DNA of 64,000 nt, taken from NCBI GenBank assembly GCA_964343605.1, contig CAYFKJ010000002.1, positions 629,176 through 693,175 of the forward strand, written 5' to 3'. The notes under the pieces are model-generated. The model did not search any database. It was not told the DNA's origin and worked only from the letters and a program-made list of their open reading frames with translations. This DNA is from an uncultured Rhodospirillaceae bacterium (GTDB taxonomy: Bacteria; Pseudomonadota; Alphaproteobacteria; UBA2966). Below, piece after piece: positions 58,706-64,000 of the stretch; positions within the stretch are counted from its first letter, which is position 1; every line of letters starts with the position of its first letter. Made by a program: the position numbers and the translations under genes.

Positions 58706-59806
58706 CTATTCGCCCGCTCGCCGGATGCCGAACAATTCGACGCTCTCCGCCTTGCCCCGCAATTCGTAGCCGCCGAGATCGACCGCCACCAGCTCGTCGG
58801 GGACAATTGTATTTTTGACGACGTCCGCGGAGGCGACGAGGTTGTAGCCCAGTTCACGGCAGGTCTTTTCAAGTCTTGCGGCCGTGTTCACCGTATCGCC
58901 GAAATATGAAATCTGCCGCTTCGAATCTCCGGTAAAGCCCGCCACGACCTGGCCGCAGTGCAGGCCCGCTCGAAACTTGGGAACGCGGCCGAACCGTGCC
59001 TGATAGATATCCGCCCGCCGGGTAATGATGTCCTCTATGGCGAAGAAACAACGCAGACAATTGGCGTTTCGCAGGCCGACGGTCAGCGGCCAGGTAATGA
59101 CCACCTCGTCGCCGATGTAACGGTGCGCCTCTCCTTGGTAATCAAGAATCGCCTCGTCAATGTCAAAATAGAATGTCGAGATCAAGTCATAGGCGCCGAG
59201 GTCGCCGAGTTCCTCCGCCATCGCCGTCGATGCTTCGATGTCCAGGAACAGAAAGACGCGCTCCTCGTAAATGCCGGAGCGATACCGCCCGAGGATAACG
59301 TTGGCCAACTGGCGGCCGCCGATCACGCGCCGGATGGTGACGAAAAACAGCAGCAGCGAGATCATCAGGAAGGTGGTGACGATATCCAGCGCCAGCGCGA
59401 TGTCGTGGTCGATTTGATAACCGAAATAGGTATCGGGTCCGGCCTCCGGATAGGCCAGGATCTCGTATGGCACAACAACGGCGGTGATGGTGACGAGGTA
59501 AACAGCAATACTGAGCGTCAGGCTTACCAGAAAGTGGGCGCGTCTTATTCTGCGCCCATAGCGCCCCTCTACGAACAGCAATTCGTAAGACGCAAGCAGC
59601 GCGCCGATCAACGCCCCGAGGATGGTCGCCTCCAGGAGATTCCGGTTGGTCACCTCCTGCCCCATGAGAGTTGAAATGAAGAAAATCGACGCAACGATCA
59701 GTCCCGCCAAACCGATTGAGACGGCGACGACGCTGCGCAGGCGGGCGATTGTTCGGCTGGAGACCACCATGTCAGACCACATACTCCGGGGACTCAACCA
59801 GGCCAT
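58706..59806 (-). CDS. membrane-anchored class III adenylate/guanylate cyclase
   Basis: 4-5 N-terminal TM helices, then a CHD catalytic domain (FLFLDIEASTAMAE...GDEVVITW...GLHCGQVVAG..GD....YFGDTVNTAARLE). Confidence 0.8.
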   Translation of the reverse strand: MAWLSPRSMWSDMVVSSRTIARLRSVVAVSIGLAGLIVASIFFISTLMGQEVTNRNLLEATILGALIGALLASYELLFVEGRYGRRIRRAHFLVSLTLSIAVYLVTITAVVVPYEILAYPEAGPDTYFGYQIDHDIALALDIVTTFLMISLLLFFVTIRRVIGGRQLANVILGRYRSGIYEERVFLFLDIEASTAMAEELGDLGAYDLISTFYFDIDEAILDYQGEAHRYIGDEVVITWPLTVGLRNANCLRCFFAIEDIITRRADIYQARFGRVPKFRAGLHCGQVVAGFTGDSKRQISYFGDTVNTAARLEKTCRELGYNLVASADVVKNTIVPDELVAVDLGGYELRGKAESVELFGIRRAGE

Positions 59807-60195
59807 GATATTCCGGTGAACGGATCATGTCGCCCCATGTAGGGCTTGAAATTTTCTTTCGAATTTGGGCAACAATTCGCAAAATTCGTACATTACGCTA
59901 CACCCCAGGATCGCTCTGTGGTAGATTTCAATTACGGATACTAGTTGGGGTATCGATCAGTAGGGAGGGCAGGTAACTGTATGGATCCACCGGACAGTTG
60001 TTTCGCCCCCTCTTATGAGGGCGGACGGTAGGCGACGAACTATTCCGCGGAATTTTGAAACTCGATGCTTTCACGATTTCAGTCGATTTTCGCCGCCCCG
60101 CTGACAACCTGACTACTGACCTACGGACGGCTAGTCCGTCCTGTATCAAGATCCCGGCTTTCCAGTTGGGACACGGCTATTAGGCCAAATACAAG

Positions 60196-60240
60196 AGCAG
60201 CCCCGCCCGGGATAAAGTCCGAGACGGGGCTTGCTTTTTG
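60196..60240 (+). terminator. possible intrinsic terminator (GC hairpin + T-run) at the end of a candidate small RNA or leader
   Basis: gccccg...cggggc stem followed by ttgcttttt, about 55 nt upstream of the DUF899 start. The loop is long (about 19 nt), so confidence is low. Confidence 0.3.
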
Positions 60241-60295
60241 GCGAATCCGACAAAATTTCATATGCAGTGATCATTGTTTCACACGGGGGCCAACG

Positions 60296-60997
60296 ATGGG
60301 CGTGCATCACGACAAGTCATTTCCGGGCGAAAACCTGAAATACCGCAAAGCCCGCGACGAATTGCTCGCTGCGGAAAAAGCGCTGCGGCGGCAGGTGGCG
60401 GAAGTCGCCGAAATGCGGAAGAACCTGCCCGCCGGCGGCCCGATCCCTACCGATTACGTATTCGAGGAGGGAGGGACCGATATTGGCGATACGGCAACCG
60501 TCAAGCAAACGCACTTTTCGGATTTGTTCGCAGACGGCAAGGACAGCCTGATCATCTACAGCTTCATGTACGGGCCCAACGCCGACAATGCCTGCCCCAT
60601 GTGCACGTCGTTGCTCGACAGCCTCAACGGCGCCGCCCCCCACGTAACCGATCGCGTGAACCTTGCGGTCGTTGCACGCTCCTCCATCGGCCGCATTCGG
60701 GATTGGGGCCGGGCGAGGGGCTGGAACAATCTCAGGCTCCTATCGTCGGCGAACAACACCTACAACATCGACTACTTCGCCGAAGGGCCCGAGGGCGATC
60801 AGTGGCCTGACATCAACGTTTTCGTGCGCCGAGACGGCGTCATTCACCACTACTACAATGCGGAGCTGTTTTTCGCGGAGACGGAGGAAGGCCAGCATCC
60901 CCGCCATGCCGACATGATTTGGCCGTTGTGGAATATCTTTGATCTCACGCCCGACGGTCGGGGTGACAACTGGTTCCCGAAATTGGATTACGGGTAG
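60296..60997 (+). CDS. DUF899 thioredoxin-fold family protein
   Basis: Characteristic DUF899 length (233 aa) and the CPMCTSLLD redox-like motif. Confidence 0.7.
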   Translation: MGVHHDKSFPGENLKYRKARDELLAAEKALRRQVAEVAEMRKNLPAGGPIPTDYVFEEGGTDIGDTATVKQTHFSDLFADGKDSLIIYSFMYGPNADNACPMCTSLLDSLNGAAPHVTDRVNLAVVARSSIGRIRDWGRARGWNNLRLLSSANNTYNIDYFAEGPEGDQWPDINVFVRRDGVIHHYYNAELFFAETEEGQHPRHADMIWPLWNIFDLTPDGRGDNWFPKLDYG

Positions 60998-61014
60998 TTT
61001 GTCTAAAAACCGAC

Positions 61015-61128
61015 AATCCGTCATTCCCGCGCAAGCGGGAATCCATGCCGTTACGGATAAATTTGAAACCTCGTCCCGAAAATCCTCTGCTCAGCCATGG
61101 ATCCCGGATCAAGTCCGGGATGACGAAA
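61015..61128. repeat. REP/MITE-like GC-rich hairpin repeat cluster, locus C
   Basis: gtcattcccgcgCAAGcgggaatccatgccg, then about 45 nt, then ggatcccggaTCAAGtccgggatgacg. This is the same family as loci A and B. Lies between convergent genes. Confidence 0.55.
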
Positions 61129-61141
61129 TAAATTTGGGCAC

Positions 61142-62149
61142 CTACCCCGCGATCGCCTGCGCATCCTGATCGATTTGCGGCGGACGACGCTCGGCTCGCG
61201 GGGTGTGTCCGAAGTGGTCGCGGTAGCACTTTGTGAAGTGCGAGGCGGAGACGAAGCCGCAGGCCAGCGCCACGGCCAGGATCGAGAGGTCGGTCTGCAG
61301 CAGCAGGAGGCGGGCGCGGTTGAGGCGCAATTCCAGGTAATAGCGCGTTGGCGTCTTGTCGAAATACTTGCGGAACAGGCGTTCGAGGTGACGGGTGGAT
61401 AGACCCGCCGCCTCGGCCAGTTGGGCGCACGATTGCGGTTCTTCGAGATTGTCTTCCATGTGGGCCACGATGGACAGCAGCTTCGGGTGGCTGGTGCCGA
61501 GGCGGAACCTGAGTGGCATGCGCTGATGGTCGTGCCTGTCGCGAATGCGTTCGTGCAGCAACTGATCGGCGACCTGAGAGGTGATGTCGTGGCCGTAATC
61601 CATGGTGATGATGTTGAGCATCATGTCGAGCGATGCCGTGCCGCCCGAACATGTGAAGCGGTCGCGGTCGATCTCGAACAGTTCCGACGTGACTTCAAGG
61701 TCGGGGTAACGTTCGGCAAAGCCGGCCAGATTTTCCCAATGGATGGTGCAGCGGTAATTGTTGAGTAGGCCCGCCCGGGCAAGTACGGCGCTGCCGGCGC
61801 AAAGCGCTCCCAATTTGGCGCCGCGGGAACCCAACCGCCGCAGCCAGCCGAGCGCCTTGCGGTCTTCGTAGGTGTGGGAGCCGAGGCCGCCGCAGACGAC
61901 GATGAAGGGGTGGTTGTCGATCTCGGAAATAGCGTGATCGGCGGGCATTCCAATGCCGTTGCTGGCAGCCACCGGACCGCCGTCGACCGAAAACAGTTTC
62001 CATTCGTATAGCCGGTGCCCTGTGACGTACTGGGCTAATCTTAGGGGTTCGATGGCTGACGTTAGGGCAATCATCGAGAAATTCGGCACCATAAAGAAGC
62101 CGATTCGCCTGGGAACACTGCCGCCGTCAAGCCGTTCCATGATCTGCAC
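61142..62149 (-). CDS. GlxA/GbdR-like AraC-family transcriptional regulator with N-terminal DJ-1/PfpI (GATase1-like) domain
   Basis: N-terminal class-I amidotransferase-like sensor domain (IVVCGG...LGALCAG) and a C-terminal double AraC HTH (LAEAAGLSTRHLERLFRKY...). Confidence 0.8.
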   Translation of the reverse strand: MQIMERLDGGSVPRRIGFFMVPNFSMIALTSAIEPLRLAQYVTGHRLYEWKLFSVDGGPVAASNGIGMPADHAISEIDNHPFIVVCGGLGSHTYEDRKALGWLRRLGSRGAKLGALCAGSAVLARAGLLNNYRCTIHWENLAGFAERYPDLEVTSELFEIDRDRFTCSGGTASLDMMLNIITMDYGHDITSQVADQLLHERIRDRHDHQRMPLRFRLGTSHPKLLSIVAHMEDNLEEPQSCAQLAEAAGLSTRHLERLFRKYFDKTPTRYYLELRLNRARLLLLQTDLSILAVALACGFVSASHFTKCYRDHFGHTPRAERRPPQIDQDAQAIAG

Positions 62150-62333
62150 GCTCCACCGTCAAGCCACCAAAAGCATGATTATCACGGGCGAATGATACTC
62201 CAAAGCGTGTCGTTGTCTGGCTAAAAAATGTCGTGGCGGCGCTAGCGGCAATACCCCTTGAAATCCCATATGGATTTCGATTGAAACAGTCTGGAATGAT
62301 GCCGGGCGGGCGTTGGCTTTAAGGGTGGTTCAC

Positions 62334-63056
62334 ATGGCCGATGATGACGATCTCGATCTCTCTACATTGAGTGATGACGATCTCGTGCAGCAGATGCACG
62401 ACGACCTCTACGATGGCCTCAAGGAGGAAATCGAAGAGGGTGTGAACATTTTGCTGGAGCGCGAGTGGGAAGCCTATGACGTGCTGACCAAGGCGCTGGT
62501 CGAAGGCATGCGGATCGTCGGTATTGATTTCCGCGACGGCATCCTGTTCGTGCCGGAGGTCCTGATGGCGGCCAACGCCATGAAGGCCGGCATGGCGATC
62601 CTGCGTCCTTTGCTGGCCGAAAGCGATGCCCCGCAGATGGGCAAGATGGTGATCGGCACCGTAAAGGGCGACATCCACGACATCGGCAAGAATCTCGTCT
62701 CCATGATGATGGAAGGTGCCGGCTTCGAAGTCATCGACATCGGCATCAACAATCCTGTGGAGGATTACCTGGCGGCGATCGAGGAACACCGGCCCGATAT
62801 CCTCGGCATGTCGGCCCTGCTCACGACGACCATGCCCTACATGAAGGTGGTCATCGACACGTTGAAGGAAAAGGGCATCCGCGATGATTATGTCGTGCTG
62901 GTTGGGGGCGCACCTTTGAATGAGGCCTTTGCCGAAAGCATCGGCGCCGACGCCTATTGCCGGGACGCCGCCGTGGCAGTTGAGACCGCCAAGGACTTGA
63001 TGGGCCGGCGTCAGGGCTCGGGCGTTGCCCGCATGCAGGCGGCCGAGGTGGGATAG
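62334..63056 (+). CDS. corrinoid (cobalamin-binding) protein of a methyltransferase system
   Basis: B12-binding cap helix domain followed by a Rossmann B12-binding domain with the DxHxxG motif (GDIHDIGKN) and the SALLTT/GG motifs. Confidence 0.8.
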   Translation: MADDDDLDLSTLSDDDLVQQMHDDLYDGLKEEIEEGVNILLEREWEAYDVLTKALVEGMRIVGIDFRDGILFVPEVLMAANAMKAGMAILRPLLAESDAPQMGKMVIGTVKGDIHDIGKNLVSMMMEGAGFEVIDIGINNPVEDYLAAIEEHRPDILGMSALLTTTMPYMKVVIDTLKEKGIRDDYVVLVGGAPLNEAFAESIGADAYCRDAAVAVETAKDLMGRRQGSGVARMQAAEVG

Positions 63057-63059
63057 ACC

Positions 63060-63677
63060 ATGCCGGCGCCGTCGCTCTTGTTGGCCTGCGGCGCCCTGGG
63101 ACGTGAGGTCATCGCGGTGCTGGATGCCGGTGGCATTGACGGTCTCGAAGTGACCTGTCTGCCGGCCAACCTGCATAATAAACCCCAACTCATTGCCGAA
63201 GCGGTGCGCGAGAAGGTGCGCAAGCATCACGACGAGTACGAGAACATCTTCGTGCTCTATGCCGATTGCGGCACCGGCGGTGACCTGGACAAGGTCTGTG
63301 ACGAGGAGGGCGTTGTGCGTATTCCCGGCGCCCACTGCTATGAGTTCTACGCCGGAGCGTCGGCATTCGAACAATTGGCCGACGCCGAGCCCGCGACCTT
63401 TTACCTGACGGATTACCTGACCCGGCATTTCGAAACGCTGATCATGGTCGGATTGGGGCTTGACCGCTTCCCTGAACTGCTGCCTGACTACTTCGGCAAC
63501 TACAGCCGTGTGGTCTACCTGGCGCAAACCGATGATCCTGAACTCGACGAACAAGCTCGAAAGGCGGCCGAAAAACTCGGTTTGGCGTACGAACGCCGAT
63601 TTACGGGCTATGGCGAGCTGGCCGAATTCATTGTCGGGGCGGCTGAGAGCGAACCGCAAAAAACGCTCGTTTCCTGA
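63060..63677 (+). CDS. DUF1638 domain protein
   Basis: 205 aa family member. By my recollection DUF1638 is typically encoded next to corrinoid-dependent methyltransferase genes. 4 nt after the corrinoid gene. Confidence 0.6.
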   Translation: MPAPSLLLACGALGREVIAVLDAGGIDGLEVTCLPANLHNKPQLIAEAVREKVRKHHDEYENIFVLYADCGTGGDLDKVCDEEGVVRIPGAHCYEFYAGASAFEQLADAEPATFYLTDYLTRHFETLIMVGLGLDRFPELLPDYFGNYSRVVYLAQTDDPELDEQARKAAEKLGLAYERRFTGYGELAEFIVGAAESEPQKTLVS

Positions 63678-63691
63678 CAGGCGGAGCTGAG

Positions 63692-64000
63692 ATGTACGCG
63701 CTGCGCCGCTGGTCCGTTCGCCACGCGCGTGGGATGGAACGGACATATCTGATCTTTCGTCCCGTGTTCGAAGCGTTCCGCCCGCTTTGGAGGTTGATCG
63801 GCGTCCGCCGCCTCGAACGTCCCATCGCCGGTGTCGAGAGCGCCATCAAGGGCGCCCTGTTCGACTGCCAGATGTGTGGCCAGTGTGCGCTCACGGATAC
63901 CGGTATGTCGTGTCCGATGAACTGCCCTAAGAGTTTGCGCAATGGCCCCTGCGGCGGCGTTCGCGCAGACGGCAGTTGCGAGGTCGATTCCGGCATGGCC
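63692..64000 (+). CDS. methylenetetrahydrofolate-reductase C-terminal-domain-like (Cys-rich zinc-ribbon) protein, 5' portion (continues past window end)
   Basis: ATG at 63692 after a GGAG RBS. Cys cluster FDCQMCGQCAL...CPMNCPKSLRNGPCGG typical of MTHFR_C/MetV-like proteins. Not in the ORF track because it runs off the edge. Confidence 0.5.
   Translation, partial: MYALRRWSVRHARGMERTYLIFRPVFEAFRPLWRLIGVRRLERPIAGVESAIKGALFDCQMCGQCALTDTGMSCPMNCPKSLRNGPCGGVRADGSCEVDSGMA

Noticed and set aside
60196-60240. Considered whether this hairpin could terminate the adenylate cyclase gene
   Set aside because: The T-run is on the + strand and the cyclase is on the minus strand, with its 5' end here. The hairpin can only act for a + strand transcript.
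1-64000. Searched for CRISPR arrays, tRNA/rRNA genes, integrases/transposases and phage genes
   Set aside because: No direct-repeat/spacer arrays, no tRNA cloverleaf candidates and no recombinase-like ORFs were seen. The low-GC patches carry only metabolic or hypothetical genes, so no mobile element boundary can be asserted.

Overview
This is a high-GC (about 60% or more) chromosomal segment whose gene content and codon usage look like an alphaproteobacterium, probably a marine Rhodospirillales- or Rhodobacterales-like organism. I can support about 60 protein-coding genes. I found no rRNA, tRNA, CRISPR array, IS element or prophage genes.

The dominant theme is catabolism of methylated amines and quaternary ammonium compounds with C1 transfer to folate. 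This includes creatinase next to the heterotetrameric sarcosine oxidase genes soxBDAG, a dimethylglycine dehydrogenase, an MttB-superfamily (non-pyrrolysine) methyltransferase, a corrinoid protein with DUF1638 and an MTHFR-C-like protein, a gamma-butyrobetaine-hydroxylase-like dioxygenase, and a GbdR-like AraC/GlxA regulator.

Other clear modules are:
- a TPP riboswitch upstream of thiBPQ, with a divergent thiamine pyrophosphokinase operon
- malate synthase G
- a hybrid histidine kinase plus a single-domain response regulator
- ubiT-ubiU-ubiV, the O2-independent ubiquinone hydroxylation system
- a DUF4212 plus sodium:solute symporter pair, next to a hypothetical protein, a CBS-DUF294 nucleotidyltransferase and a membrane-anchored DEDDh exonuclease gene
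- a TRAP DctPQM transporter followed by an amidase
- AMP nucleosidase
- a class III adenylate cyclase
- an orphan short flagellin

Three intergenic loci carry copies of a GC-rich hairpin repeat family (REP/MITE-like). Several low-GC patches look like acquired genes.

The most interesting unexplained parts are the symporter-associated nucleotidyltransferase/exonuclease module, the low-GC islet at about 25.0-28.7 kb, and the split MttB/corrinoid demethylation system. All functional calls are from my own reading of the translated ORFs and motifs. No database search was run.

Coordinates I counted by hand (riboswitch, repeats, terminator) may be off by 1-2 nt. CDS coordinates follow the supplied ORF track, with starts moved in-frame where I argue for it.
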